Position numbers and translations under genes: made by a program. A stretch of DNA of 64,000 bases, taken from assembly GCA_944375955.1 (NCBI GenBank), contig CALWBE010000062.1, positions 1,314 to 65,313 of the forward strand. The letters are read 5' to 3'. This DNA is from an uncultured Clostridia bacterium. Lineage in GTDB: Bacteria > Bacillota > Clostridia > Oscillospirales > CAG-382. The notes beneath the pieces are model-generated. The model saw only the letters and a program-made list of their open reading frames with translations. It was not told the DNA's origin and did not search any database. This document shows, piece after piece, positions 46,594-56,860 of the stretch (its first letter is position 1; each line of letters starts with the position of its first letter).

Positions 46594-47943
46594 TTAATCA
46601 TCAATATCCAGCTTTCGGATCACAACTGTCGCCGTATATTCAGATTCCTTTATATACACATTTTGAACCGTCGAATCGGTTATCTGTACATTTACAGGAC
46701 AATCAAAATATTTTCCCTCGCCGAATCCGGAAACGTCAATTTCCAAAAGCAGTTCTTCATAACCTATTTTTCTCAGTGATGATGTCACTCCGCATACGGT
46801 AATGGAAATCTCATCCGAATTTACATATGCATCAAGATCGTCAGCAAGATTCATAAATCTAACGTTTTCTGACGGCACGCTTATTTCTTTTTCGTCATAA
46901 TTTTCCACAGACAGCGTAACTCGGCATGTATCATCCGATCCTGATAAACTTACGCCTGAGGGCAAATCATACCCTATTTGTAAACTACGTGATAACCCTA
47001 TCATAGTATCATCTATCGGTGCAGTAGATATCTCCGTTAACTTTTCAATCAAGCTGACATCTCCTCGCACAGTCACTGTACCTGGAAAAATATCACAGTT
47101 AATATTTTTACTTTCAAATATTCCGTACATATACTGAGGCACTACAGGCAGTTCCTTTATCATGTATACTGGAACATATACATCTATTCTTTTATCTTCC
47201 GCCGTTTCACCTATTTCAATGTATTCGTACTCTGCAGGATACGAATCTTTTATCAAAGCGCCGTCACTATCGAAAAGTTCAAGCTCGACATTTACTATAT
47301 TCACAGAATGGCTTATAAATCCATCCAGATTTACCGTTGCCTTTGCATACGCGATCTTTGATATTATTTCGAGCGGACCCTTTACAACAACGCTTTTTGA
47401 CGACGGTACAAGTTCTCCTATTTTCAGCGTCTCTTCATCACTTGTGCCGCCGGTATAATCAGCTTTTACCGATATTGTCCGGCTTGACGGCTCGTCAAGA
47501 TATACCCTTACGCTCACAGGCTCATAAGATACGACTGACGTATCATTTGACGTGCTTACTATAATATCAAGTTCTTCGTCAAAAGCTTCGGATATATGCG
47601 CAATATCAACTGTGGCACTTATATCCGAATTGCTCATCCTGTTAAGAACGCTCCGCTTCCCGGAAAGCGTAACATCCACACTTACCCTATTGCTTGACAA
47701 AACCTTAAGACCGTTCTCGTTTTTGTTAAATTCTATTTCTACACCTTTGAATACTTTTTCATATGTTGTGCTTTCGGTGTCTACTACATAAAACCAAAGA
47801 CACAGCGCAGCAAGAAGACATAAAAGTTTAGGTACGATATTTGTTGTAACAGCTTTCTTTAAAATCAGCTTGAAATTACGACGTTCGTTATCGGGAAGTC
47901 CCTGTTTTACTTTGTTTGAAAAAAAGTTAATTATTTTTTTCAT
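46594..47943 (-). CDS. cdaR: YbbR-domain protein, diadenylate cyclase regulator CdaR
   Basis: 449 aa. N-terminal TM, then repeated YbbR-like beta domains. Overlaps the cdaA 3' end by 17 nt. Confidence 0.8.
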   Translation of the reverse strand: MKKIINFFSNKVKQGLPDNERRNFKLILKKAVTTNIVPKLLCLLAALCLWFYVVDTESTTYEKVFKGVEIEFNKNENGLKVLSSNRVSVDVTLSGKRSVLNRMSNSDISATVDIAHISEAFDEELDIIVSTSNDTSVVSYEPVSVRVYLDEPSSRTISVKADYTGGTSDEETLKIGELVPSSKSVVVKGPLEIISKIAYAKATVNLDGFISHSVNIVNVELELFDSDGALIKDSYPAEYEYIEIGETAEDKRIDVYVPVYMIKELPVVPQYMYGIFESKNINCDIFPGTVTVRGDVSLIEKLTEISTAPIDDTMIGLSRSLQIGYDLPSGVSLSGSDDTCRVTLSVENYDEKEISVPSENVRFMNLADDLDAYVNSDEISITVCGVTSSLRKIGYEELLLEIDVSGFGEGKYFDCPVNVQITDSTVQNVYIKESEYTATVVIRKLDIDD

Positions 47944-48796
47944 TCTTTGGCTCCCCCTTCTCCTTATTTTTTACAGTTCCTACGCCTTTTGCCGTATCTG
48001 TAAATATAAGTTTTATAAGCTCTCTTTTAAGTGTAACACTGTCATAATCACGCGTCATATGTCCATCTACCGCAAGTGAAACAATGCCTGTTTCCTCAGA
48101 TACTATCACTACCACTGCGTCTGAGTTTTCACTCATACCTATACCCGCACGGTGACGTGTGCCTAGATCTTTCATTATTTCCGGATTCATCGATAAAGGC
48201 AGAAAACATCCGGCAGAATAAAGGCGGTTATTTCTGATTATAAGCGCTCCGTCATGCATAGGAGCTTTATTGAAAAAAATGTTTTTTATCATATATGCTC
48301 CCGGCTGAGCATCTATTATAGTTCCGGTCTTTATAACGTCCCCGAGCTTGGTGGAACGTTCAAATATTATCAGTGCACCCACCTTTTCCGCGGAAAAATC
48401 AGCTACAGCATCTACCACCGCGTCAATACATTGTATAGTCTGTGAATAATATTTTTTGTCCTTTTTCTTATTTTTGGATATAAAAGACTGTCCTCCCATT
48501 TTTTCAAGGAAAGCTCTCAGCTCAGACTGGAATAATATTATAACTCCTATTACACCTACCTGCACGATGTTCTCAATTAGAAAACTGAGTGCCTGCATTC
48601 CGAGAAGGTTGCTTACAAGCATTGCAAGTATTACAAGAAGAATTCCAAGCGCAAGTGTTCCCGCACGTCTGTCACGCACAAAACGATATATGTAATAAAA
48701 TATCACCGATACGATTATTATATCAAATATATCAAATATCCCTATTGAACTAATCTGTGCCGCGATATTCATCAGAGCATTTTTGACCGCATTCAT
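47927..48796 (-). CDS. cdaA: Diadenylate cyclase (membrane-anchored, DAC domain)
   Basis: 289 aa with 3 N-terminal TM helices. GALIIFERS, HDGALII, GTRHRAGIGMSENSDAVVVIVSEETG. Confidence 0.93.
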   Translation of the reverse strand: MNAVKNALMNIAAQISSIGIFDIFDIIIVSVIFYYIYRFVRDRRAGTLALGILLVILAMLVSNLLGMQALSFLIENIVQVGVIGVIILFQSELRAFLEKMGGQSFISKNKKKDKKYYSQTIQCIDAVVDAVADFSAEKVGALIIFERSTKLGDVIKTGTIIDAQPGAYMIKNIFFNKAPMHDGALIIRNNRLYSAGCFLPLSMNPEIMKDLGTRHRAGIGMSENSDAVVVIVSEETGIVSLAVDGHMTRDYDSVTLKRELIKLIFTDTAKGVGTVKNKEKGEPKNEKNN

Positions 48797-49644
48797 TATT
48801 CGTCAACCTTCTCCTTTCCGATAAGTTTTGTGCTTACCTCTCCGGTTCTGAGTATCTCTGTTCTCCCATCCTCGTACTGTACATAAAGCGACGCATCGTC
48901 ATCAATGCCAAGCACCTTGGCTCGAACGCTTATATCTCCTTTTATAACTATCACTTCTCTGCCTATTATTACAGAGCTGTCACGATAATCATCCAAAATC
49001 GCCGCCGCTTTTCTTTTATCTTTTACAAACAGCGTTTTCTCAAGATGATTCAATATACACGCAGCAAGCTCATTCTTTGAAAAACCGATATTTACAAAAT
49101 CCGAAAGCGATCCTGCTATTTCAGAGACTTCGCTGTCAAATGAGCTTTTCGGAGTAGTAACATTTACTCCTATCCCTAATACACTGAAATCACACAGTCC
49201 TTTTCTTGCCATACTTTCAGCAAGTATGCCGCATACCTTTTTATTGTCGCAGTATATATCGTTAACCCATTTTATTCCGATATCATGTAATCCGGTAATC
49301 TCCTTAAGTGCGTTCTTTACCGCTACCGCCGCTCTTACTGTAAGAGCCCCCGTGTTTTCAATAAAGTCTCGACCTATAAGGAGTGTGCTCATATACAAAC
49401 CGCCTTCCGGAGAAACAAATTTTCTTCCCAGACGCCCGCGGCCGGCATATTGTCTTTCCGACAATACAGTAAAACCGTCATCAAGAACAGATATCCGTTT
49501 TTTTATATATGTATTAGTTGAATCTATTTCTTTTATCACCGCCATAGTCGAGCCTAAAACAGTCGTGTCAAGATATGATGAAACGGCAGCTATGGACATT
49601 GGAAATGCAGACACAGGATGTATCCTGCCTTTTCCTGCGGTCAT
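48796..49644 (-). CDS. birA: Biotin--[acetyl-CoA-carboxylase] ligase (no obvious N-terminal HTH; start uncertain)
   Basis: QYAGRGRLGRKFVSPEGGLYMS is the GRGRxGRxWxSPxG-type motif. KWVNDI is present, along with a C-terminal SH3-like domain. TAATG overlap with cdaA. Confidence 0.85.
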   Translation of the reverse strand: MTAGKGRIHPVSAFPMSIAAVSSYLDTTVLGSTMAVIKEIDSTNTYIKKRISVLDDGFTVLSERQYAGRGRLGRKFVSPEGGLYMSTLLIGRDFIENTGALTVRAAVAVKNALKEITGLHDIGIKWVNDIYCDNKKVCGILAESMARKGLCDFSVLGIGVNVTTPKSSFDSEVSEIAGSLSDFVNIGFSKNELAACILNHLEKTLFVKDKRKAAAILDDYRDSSVIIGREVIVIKGDISVRAKVLGIDDDASLYVQYEDGRTEILRTGEVSTKLIGKEKVDE

Positions 49645-49726
49645 ACTTTAAAATTCACCTCGCTTAAGCAAATACATTGTTTGTAAAAGTTCTCGGCAAC
49701 ATTTAATATAAAACACGGTTTAGCAG

Positions 49727-50890
49727 CTATATTCCGGGTATGTTCATATCAAAATCTATAACTCTTGAAAGAATATAGTTAGAAACATACATCCCTTGGG
49801 GTGAAAAAGCGTATCCTTTGCTTGTTCTTAATACATGGCCGGAATTTATATAAGGTTTAAGCTTTTCGTAATATATATTATCGAAATCCCTGCCAAAAAG
49901 TTTAAAAAATTTAGCGCAGTCTATTCCGTCGCTGAGTCTCATACGAAGCATTACATACTCCGCAACTCTTGCCGACTGTGGAATATCTATCATTTCATCG
50001 ATTATAGATTCCTGACATGGACTGTCGGAAAAGCTGTCTATATAAAGCTTTATATCTTTTTTAAATGAAAAACGTTTCCCCGCAAAATATGAATGCGCCG
50101 CCGGACCTATTCCAAGATATTCGTCTCCGTTCCAGTATTTAATGTTATGACGGCAAAACATATCTTTCTTTGCAAAATTCGAAATTTCATACTGATAGTA
50201 TCCGTTCTGAAGCATAAGCTCGCGGGATACAAAGTACATTTCGCTCTCCGAATCTTCATTAGGCAAGTCAAGAGTGTCGCGCATATTGTAAAATGGCGTA
50301 CCTTCTTCAATTTTAAGTCCGTAAAATGATATATGCTCTACCCCAAGTTTAAATGCGGTTCCTAAACTTTGTATAACCTCTGCCATCGTCTGTCCTGGAA
50401 GTCCGTACATTATATCTAAGTTGATATTTTTATATCCCTGTGCACGCGCGTCGGATACCGCACGGAGATTGTCATTTACGCTATGAACTCTCCCGCATGC
50501 AGAAAGATCCTTGGAACAAAAGCTCTGTGCTCCCAGGCTAAGTCTGTTTACACCGGCTTTTCTCGCCACTTTCAGCTTACTTTTGTCAACTGTTCCCGGA
50601 TTTGCCTCCATTGTGATTTCGGCTTGCTTTGATACGTTAAACCTGCGGTATATGTGCTTTAACAGCGAACTTATTTGTTTTTCGTTCATAAGAGACGGAG
50701 TTCCTCCGCCTAAAAATATGGTGTCTACAACATATTCAGAATTTTGCAGCCCGTATTCGTCTATCTGTCGGGATACGGCGGCAAGATATTCATCCGGCAC
50801 TCCCGTGCTTACGGGAACTGAATAAAAATCGCAGTAATAGCATTTACTGAGGCAAAACGGGATATGAATATACAATCCCAATTTTTTCAT
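49727..50890 (-). CDS. hemW: Radical SAM heme chaperone HemW (HemN-like, non-oxidase)
   Basis: 387 aa. YIHIPFCLSKCYYCDF, FLGGGTPS, HemN_C domain. Classic position downstream of lepA. Confidence 0.88.
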   Translation of the reverse strand: MKKLGLYIHIPFCLSKCYYCDFYSVPVSTGVPDEYLAAVSRQIDEYGLQNSEYVVDTIFLGGGTPSLMNEKQISSLLKHIYRRFNVSKQAEITMEANPGTVDKSKLKVARKAGVNRLSLGAQSFCSKDLSACGRVHSVNDNLRAVSDARAQGYKNINLDIMYGLPGQTMAEVIQSLGTAFKLGVEHISFYGLKIEEGTPFYNMRDTLDLPNEDSESEMYFVSRELMLQNGYYQYEISNFAKKDMFCRHNIKYWNGDEYLGIGPAAHSYFAGKRFSFKKDIKLYIDSFSDSPCQESIIDEMIDIPQSARVAEYVMLRMRLSDGIDCAKFFKLFGRDFDNIYYEKLKPYINSGHVLRTSKGYAFSPQGMYVSNYILSRVIDFDMNIPGI

Positions 50891-50924
50891 AGATACACAA
50901 CTTTCTTTCTTTTTTAGTCAAGTC

Positions 50925-52733
50925 TCAGTCTTCATCGAATTTAAGAACAGCCATAAAGGCTTCTTGAGGCACTTCTACACTGCCGAAGGAACGCATGCGT
51001 TTTTTGCCTTCTTTTTGTTTTTCAAGCAGCTTTTTCTTTCTAGTTATATCACCGCCGTAACACTTTGCAAGCACGTCTTTGCGCAGCGCCTTTACTGTTT
51101 CCCTCGCAATTACTTTTCCTCCGATCGCTGCCTGGATCGGTATTTCAAAAAGCTGCCGCGGTATATTTTCTTTCAGTTTTTCAGCAATTTTTCTCGCTCG
51201 CCCATACGCCTTATCAGTATGAACTATAAATGACAAAGCGTCCACCGGCTCTCCGTTTAAAAGAATATCCAGCTTTACAAGTGAAGATCTCTCATAACCA
51301 TTAAGCTCGTAATCAAGCGATGCGTATCCCTTGCTGCGTGATTTCAGAGCGTCAAAAAAATCATATACTATTTCATTTAACGGCAGAAAATAATGAAGCT
51401 CGGCACGGGTTGTATCAAGATACTTCATGTCCTTAAAAACTCCGCGCCTGTCCTGACAAAGCTCCATTATTCCCCCGACATATTCTGTAGGAGTAATTAT
51501 ACTCGCCTTTACTATAGGCTCGCTTACAAACTCACAATCATCTGCTGACGGGAAGTTTGCCGGATTGTCTATATAGTATTCGCTTCCGTCTTTTCTGGTT
51601 ATTTTATATATTACGCTTGGTGCTGTTGTTATAAGATCAAGATTAAATTCACGCTCAAGCCTTTCTTCAATAACTTCCATATGAAGCAAACCTAAAAATC
51701 CGCAGCGGAATCCGAATCCCAAAGCTATTGAAGTTTCTGCCTCAAAAGTCAATGACGCATCGTTAAGGCACAACTTTTCAAGAGCATCCCGAAGATCGCC
51801 GTAACGCGCCCCGTCAGCCGGATATATCCCGCTGAAAACTACAGGGAGGGCTTTTTTAAATCCGGGAAGAGCCTCTTCTACAGGACAACTGTCAAGCGTT
51901 ATCGTATCTCCCACCCGGGTATCCGAAACCGTTTTAATAGCGGCAGTTATATATCCGACTTCACCGGCACAAAGATCGTCTGATCTTAAAAGTCCGAAAG
52001 GTCTTAAATATCCGACTTCATTAACTTCATATGTTACGCCACTTGACATCATCCTGATAACATCGCCCGCCTTTACCGTTCCGTCATATATTCTAATATA
52101 AACGACAACACCGCGGTATGAATCATAATACGAATCAAAAATAAGAGCCTTTAAAGGCGCCGATACATCTCCTTTCGGAGCCGGCACCGATTTTATTATT
52201 TGTTCAAGAACCTTATCAATATTTATTCCGGCTTTAGCTGAAATGCACGGAGCTTCATCTGCCGGGATGCCTATTATATCCTCTACTTCCGCACGAACTT
52301 TTTCCGGCTGTGCAGAAGGCAGATCTATCTTGTTAATAACCGGTATTATTTCAAGTCCGTTGTCAAACGCCAAATATGCGTTTGCCATTGTTTGCGCTTC
52401 TATTCCTTGAGTTGCGTCTATTACAAGCAGCGCGCCTTCACATGCTTTCAGCGATCTCGATACTTCATAATTGAAATCCACGTGGCCGGGAGTGTCAATA
52501 AGATTGAACACATACTCTTTTCCTTCATATGTGTAATTGAGTTTTACCGCGCGCGCCTTTATAGTTATTCCACGTTCTCTCTCAAGATCCATATCGTCAA
52601 GAAGCTGCTCTTCCATTTCTCTTTTGTCGACCGTATCGGTCAATTCAAGTATACGGTCTGCAAGAGTGGATTTTCCGTGATCTATGTGAGCTATAATGCA
52701 AAAATTTCGTATAAGTGACAAATCCTTAGGCAT
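50925..52733 (-). CDS. lepA: Translation elongation factor 4
   Basis: 602 aa. [33 protein letters not shown], and the characteristic LepA C-terminal domain. Confidence 0.97.
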   Translation of the reverse strand: MPKDLSLIRNFCIIAHIDHGKSTLADRILELTDTVDKREMEEQLLDDMDLERERGITIKARAVKLNYTYEGKEYVFNLIDTPGHVDFNYEVSRSLKACEGALLVIDATQGIEAQTMANAYLAFDNGLEIIPVINKIDLPSAQPEKVRAEVEDIIGIPADEAPCISAKAGINIDKVLEQIIKSVPAPKGDVSAPLKALIFDSYYDSYRGVVVYIRIYDGTVKAGDVIRMMSSGVTYEVNEVGYLRPFGLLRSDDLCAGEVGYITAAIKTVSDTRVGDTITLDSCPVEEALPGFKKALPVVFSGIYPADGARYGDLRDALEKLCLNDASLTFEAETSIALGFGFRCGFLGLLHMEVIEERLEREFNLDLITTAPSVIYKITRKDGSEYYIDNPANFPSADDCEFVSEPIVKASIITPTEYVGGIMELCQDRRGVFKDMKYLDTTRAELHYFLPLNEIVYDFFDALKSRSKGYASLDYELNGYERSSLVKLDILLNGEPVDALSFIVHTDKAYGRARKIAEKLKENIPRQLFEIPIQAAIGGKVIARETVKALRKDVLAKCYGGDITRKKKLLEKQKEGKKRMRSFGSVEVPQEAFMAVLKFDED

Positions 52734-52988
52734 TTATATGAGAAAATCCTTTCATAATTCTTTTTTCTTTTTTATAAAATTAAAGCATATTTTTTCTCAA
52801 AAATATCCAGTTTATATTTTTTGTATTACATATAATTATATACCAAACAAAACCATTTATCAATAGCTGAGTAAATAATTTTTAATATTTTTAATATTGC
52901 ATAAACTCATTATTTGTTTTATAATATTTATTGTGTAAGAAGCAAGTCTTGCCTTTAATCAATAGTGAAACGGGGAAAATAAAATTTT

Positions 52989-54125
52989 ATGATATATTTT
53001 GACAATGCCTCCACAACCCAAGTTTCGGAAGAGGCAGCTAAAAAGGCTTATGAAGTTATGACCGAGCAATACGGTAATCCTTCAAGCGTGCATGACTTCG
53101 GATATGAAGCAGAAAAAATTTTAAAATTATCAAGGAAAACTATTCTTGATTGTCTTGGCTCACAGAACAGAACCGACGACCTTATATTCACATCGGGAGG
53201 AACAGAAGCAAATAATCTCGCTGTATTCGGATTTTTGTCTGCACATCGCCGAGGCGGCAAAACGGTATTTTTTTCGGACTCTGAGCATGCGTCAAACTAT
53301 GCAATATCAAAAGAACTTGCATCACAAGGATATAAAGTAAAATACATTCCTACGTCAGGCGGAAGTCTTGATCTCGGATTTTGTGAAAGAGAATTTTGTT
53401 CAGATACCGCTCTTATTTCCTGCATGTATGCAAACAATGAAACAGGTGCAAAATACGATATTTTAGCTGTTTCAGAATTAAGAAGAAAGCTATGTCCGGA
53501 TGCAGTTTTGCATACCGACGGCGTTCAGGCTTTCGGGAAAACTTATGAAAAGCTGTGTTCATGCGGCGCCGATCTTATCTCAATAAGCGGTCATAAAATT
53601 CATGCCCCTAAAGGCGTAGGAGGACTCTTTATACGTTCAGGCCTTCGCATAAACGGAATAATTCTGGGAGGAGGGCAGGAAAAAGATATAAGACCCGGAA
53701 CCGAACCGCTGCCCAACATTGCAGCTTTTGCCACTGCCTGCAAAGAATCTTTTAACATAGAAAAAATAAATAAAGTTGAGTCATTAAAAAATGATCTTTT
53801 AGACAAAATTAAAATAATGCTCCCGTCAGTAAAAATAAATTCTCCAGAAAACTGTATACCACACGTTGTTTCGCTCTCGCTTCCCGGCATTAAGAGCGAA
53901 GTTATGCTTAGATATCTTTCGGCAAAACAAATATATGTTTCCGCCGGCTCCGCATGCTCTTCCAAGCACCGGGAAAACCGTGTTCTCACAGCTTTCGGAC
54001 TTGATCCCAAAACCGCTGACTGCACGATACGAATAAGCTTCAGCGATTACAATAAAGCCGAGGAAATAGATATTTTTATAAATGAACTTTCCAACGGCAT
54101 AAATTCTCTTATAGCGCTGAAATAA
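52989..54125 (+). CDS. Cysteine desulfurase, NifS/IscS class V aminotransferase family
   Basis: 378 aa. IYFDNASTT, PLP-Lys SGHKIHAPKGVGGL, catalytic Cys loop SAGSACSS. Confidence 0.88.
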   Translation: MIYFDNASTTQVSEEAAKKAYEVMTEQYGNPSSVHDFGYEAEKILKLSRKTILDCLGSQNRTDDLIFTSGGTEANNLAVFGFLSAHRRGGKTVFFSDSEHASNYAISKELASQGYKVKYIPTSGGSLDLGFCEREFCSDTALISCMYANNETGAKYDILAVSELRRKLCPDAVLHTDGVQAFGKTYEKLCSCGADLISISGHKIHAPKGVGGLFIRSGLRINGIILGGGQEKDIRPGTEPLPNIAAFATACKESFNIEKINKVESLKNDLLDKIKIMLPSVKINSPENCIPHVVSLSLPGIKSEVMLRYLSAKQIYVSAGSACSSKHRENRVLTAFGLDPKTADCTIRISFSDYNKAEEIDIFINELSNGINSLIALK

Positions 54126-54145
54126 TTTCTTTGGAGTATATTGCT

Positions 54146-55633
54146 ATGAATGTTAACGATATTATCAATTCACTCGGGACCGAACTCATCAGCCTTCGAA
54201 GAGGCTCAGACAATGTTTTTACTTCTTTGTGCTATGATTCAAGAAAAGCTCAGCCCGGATCTATTTTCGTATGCCTTAAAGGATCGCAGTTCGATGGGCA
54301 CTCGTTTCTTGACAACGCGGCAAAATCCGGCGCATCGGCTGTCGTTCTATCAGATGAAAATCTTTATGAGTCAAGCTGTCGCAAATATCCGGATATAACC
54401 TTTATAAAAACAGCCGATACCAGAAAAGCTCTCGCTCTTATTTCTGCAGAGTTTTTCGGACGTCCGGCTGAAAAACTGTTTGTAATCGGCATTACAGGTA
54501 CAAAGGGAAAAACCAGTACCTCGTTTATGATAAGAGCAATACTTGAAAACTCCGGTAAAAAAGTTGGAATTATCGGTACTACCGGTATATATTACGGCGA
54601 AAAATATGAGTATATTGACAATTCCACACCTGAAAGCTATGAATTGCACCGGCTGTTTTCAGATATGCTTTCTTGCGGAGTCTCGCATGTCGTCATGGAA
54701 GTGTCTTCTCAGGCGCTTATGATGCACCGCACATACGGTATAAATTTTGATATAGGAGTTTTTACAAATATATCCCCAGATCATATCGGAGAAAACGAAC
54801 ATTCTGATTTTGACGAATATCTTTATTGCAAAAGTCTTCTTTTTTATCAGTGCAAAAAAGCCGTGATAAATGCTGACTCTGACAAAATAGATTATATAAT
54901 CGCTGCTTTAAGGAAAAATTCCGTTCCGTATATAACGTTTTCAACACACGATCAAAATGCGGATTTCTTCGGCGAGAACATCTCTTTTGAAATAACCGAC
55001 TGCCTTTCAACTTCGTTCGACCTGCGCGGATTCGGCAAGATACACCTCAATGTTCCGGGTGAGTTTTCCGTCAGCAACGCTTTAGCTGCCGCTGCGGTTT
55101 CGATGAACTCAGGCGCCAATTTCGAAGATGTTGCAAAAAGCCTTGCATTGGTTCACGTCTTTGGAAGAGCAGAGCCGGTAAAACACGAAAAATGCAATTT
55201 TGCCGTGATTATTGACTACGCGCATAATGCTTTAAGTCTCGAGAGCTTGTTCTGTTCGGTAAAACATTACAAACCGAAACATATAATTACTGTTTTTGGC
55301 TGCGGCGGAAATCGCTCTAAACTGAGGCGTTACGATATGGGTGAAATTTCAGGCAAATATTCCGATCTTTCTGTAATCACATCAGATAATCCGAGAACAG
55401 AAAAGCTTGACGATATAATCGACGATATACTTACTGGCATTAAGAAAACAAATGGAAAATATGTTATAATTAAATCAAGAAAAGATGCTATCTGCCACGC
55501 TCTTTCGGTTGCTCGCAAAGGCGATATCGTTCTGATCGTAGGCAAGGGAAATCAATTATATGAAGAAATCGGACATGAAAAAATTCCGTTTGACGAAAGA
55601 AAGGTAGTAAAAAATTACTTTGATGAACTTTGA
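54146..55633 (+). CDS. murE: UDP-N-acetylmuramoyl-L-alanyl-D-glutamate--2,6-diaminopimelate ligase
   Basis: IGITGTKGKTST, a Mur ligase middle domain, and the DNPR motif (TSDNPRTE) typical of meso-DAP-adding MurE. ATG 54146 after TGGAG; the track start is 54131. Confidence 0.92.
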   Translation: MNVNDIINSLGTELISLRRGSDNVFTSLCYDSRKAQPGSIFVCLKGSQFDGHSFLDNAAKSGASAVVLSDENLYESSCRKYPDITFIKTADTRKALALISAEFFGRPAEKLFVIGITGTKGKTSTSFMIRAILENSGKKVGIIGTTGIYYGEKYEYIDNSTPESYELHRLFSDMLSCGVSHVVMEVSSQALMMHRTYGINFDIGVFTNISPDHIGENEHSDFDEYLYCKSLLFYQCKKAVINADSDKIDYIIAALRKNSVPYITFSTHDQNADFFGENISFEITDCLSTSFDLRGFGKIHLNVPGEFSVSNALAAAAVSMNSGANFEDVAKSLALVHVFGRAEPVKHEKCNFAVIIDYAHNALSLESLFCSVKHYKPKHIITVFGCGGNRSKLRRYDMGEISGKYSDLSVITSDNPRTEKLDDIIDDILTGIKKTNGKYVIIKSRKDAICHALSVARKGDIVLIVGKGNQLYEEIGHEKIPFDERKVVKNYFDEL

Positions 55634-56669
55634 CAGCTTTTTATCCGGAAAATATAAAATTTCAGATCTCGAACTTCTTCCATGGCCTGTTATAATCACC
55701 GACTACAAAGGCAGCGTGATTTATAAAAACGAATTTGCTTACAAGATTAAGCTAATAAGAAAAAGTATGAATTTCTTAAAGCTTATTTCTCCCTCTGATG
55801 CAGACATATTTCTTGAATGCATAAAGCAAGAAAAATCCCGCATTTTCAAATGCCGGCCCGATCTTGGAGTTTCTCATGCAGCAGTGATCGGCGTAAACGG
55901 GGTCGCAGTCATTTTTCTTACTATATGTTCGATAATTATCCGCGACGTTTTTAATTATAATTCTCCTGAATCCGAACATCAGGCCTTCTCGGCAAACGAG
56001 CGCATAATATCAGCGTACCAGGAAATGTGCTCTAAATTGAAAAAGGTTTCCGATCCGGCGGCAAAAGAACTGCTCAGGTGCAATTCTATGAGATTTTCAC
56101 GCGCCGCACGCCATTTCAGCATGTATACACACGCGCTTACAAAAACAGAAAATTTTGAAAATAATTCCTTCTGTGATATAGAAAAAATATGTACTTCGCT
56201 GATAAAATATTTCTCGCAGAAAGTTACACCTCTCGGATACAGATTAAATATAGAAATTTCTTCCGTCATTGCCGCAACATTGATTCAAAAATGCACGTTT
56301 ATATGTGTTTTTCTTGAGCTTGTCGCACTTTCTTTAAGAATATCTGTAAACTATGACTGCAATATAAAAATATATGAGCAAGATGGAAAAATACATATCA
56401 ACTATGATTTTCAATCCGTATCAAAAAGCGCTGCGGAAGCAAATTTTTATTTAGAATTTGACTTTCTTAAAAGTATATGCAGCCATTGCGGCTGGGATTT
56501 TTCCGGGCTTAACGTATTTGACGGAGAAGAAGCCTCTTTTCACCTTGCAATACCAGTTATCAAAGATAAAAATATTTCGGTTTCTGCAACCTGTACTTCT
56601 GATACTTTCGAACTCAACGCAATGTTTGAAATTGCAGATGAAGCGTTTACTTTGTTATATTTTTCATAA
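55623..56669 (+). CDS. Hypothetical cytoplasmic protein, PAS-like N-terminus plus degenerate kinase-like C-terminal half
   Basis: 348 aa. LLPWPVIITDYKGSVIYKNEFAYK looks like a PAS core. No TM helix, no H-box and no G1/G2 ATP-lid motifs seen. The ATG overlaps the last codons of murE, which implies translational coupling. Confidence 0.55.
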   Translation: MNFDSFLSGKYKISDLELLPWPVIITDYKGSVIYKNEFAYKIKLIRKSMNFLKLISPSDADIFLECIKQEKSRIFKCRPDLGVSHAAVIGVNGVAVIFLTICSIIIRDVFNYNSPESEHQAFSANERIISAYQEMCSKLKKVSDPAAKELLRCNSMRFSRAARHFSMYTHALTKTENFENNSFCDIEKICTSLIKYFSQKVTPLGYRLNIEISSVIAATLIQKCTFICVFLELVALSLRISVNYDCNIKIYEQDGKIHINYDFQSVSKSAAEANFYLEFDFLKSICSHCGWDFSGLNVFDGEEASFHLAIPVIKDKNISVSATCTSDTFELNAMFEIADEAFTLLYFS

Positions 56670-56780
56670 ATCGTTTTTATAATCATATATAAATACTATG
56701 TTTTAATGCGTGGTTGAAGATTTTGACATTTTATACTGTCCGATTTTATTGGTTTAAAATCTTATAAAACAAATAAGTGC

Positions 56781-56819
56781 AAAAATACCGTATCCTATTT
56801 TAAGGATACGGTATTTTTT
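56781..56819. terminator. Bidirectional hairpin terminator between the PAS-like gene (+) and rhaA (-)
   Basis: ATACCGTATCCT (56785-56796) pairs with AGGATACGGTAT (56803-56814). Flanked by A5 and T6. Confidence 0.8.
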
Positions 56820-56860
56820 AGTATATATCAAATTAATTGAAGAACTCTTTCTTTAAGAAA

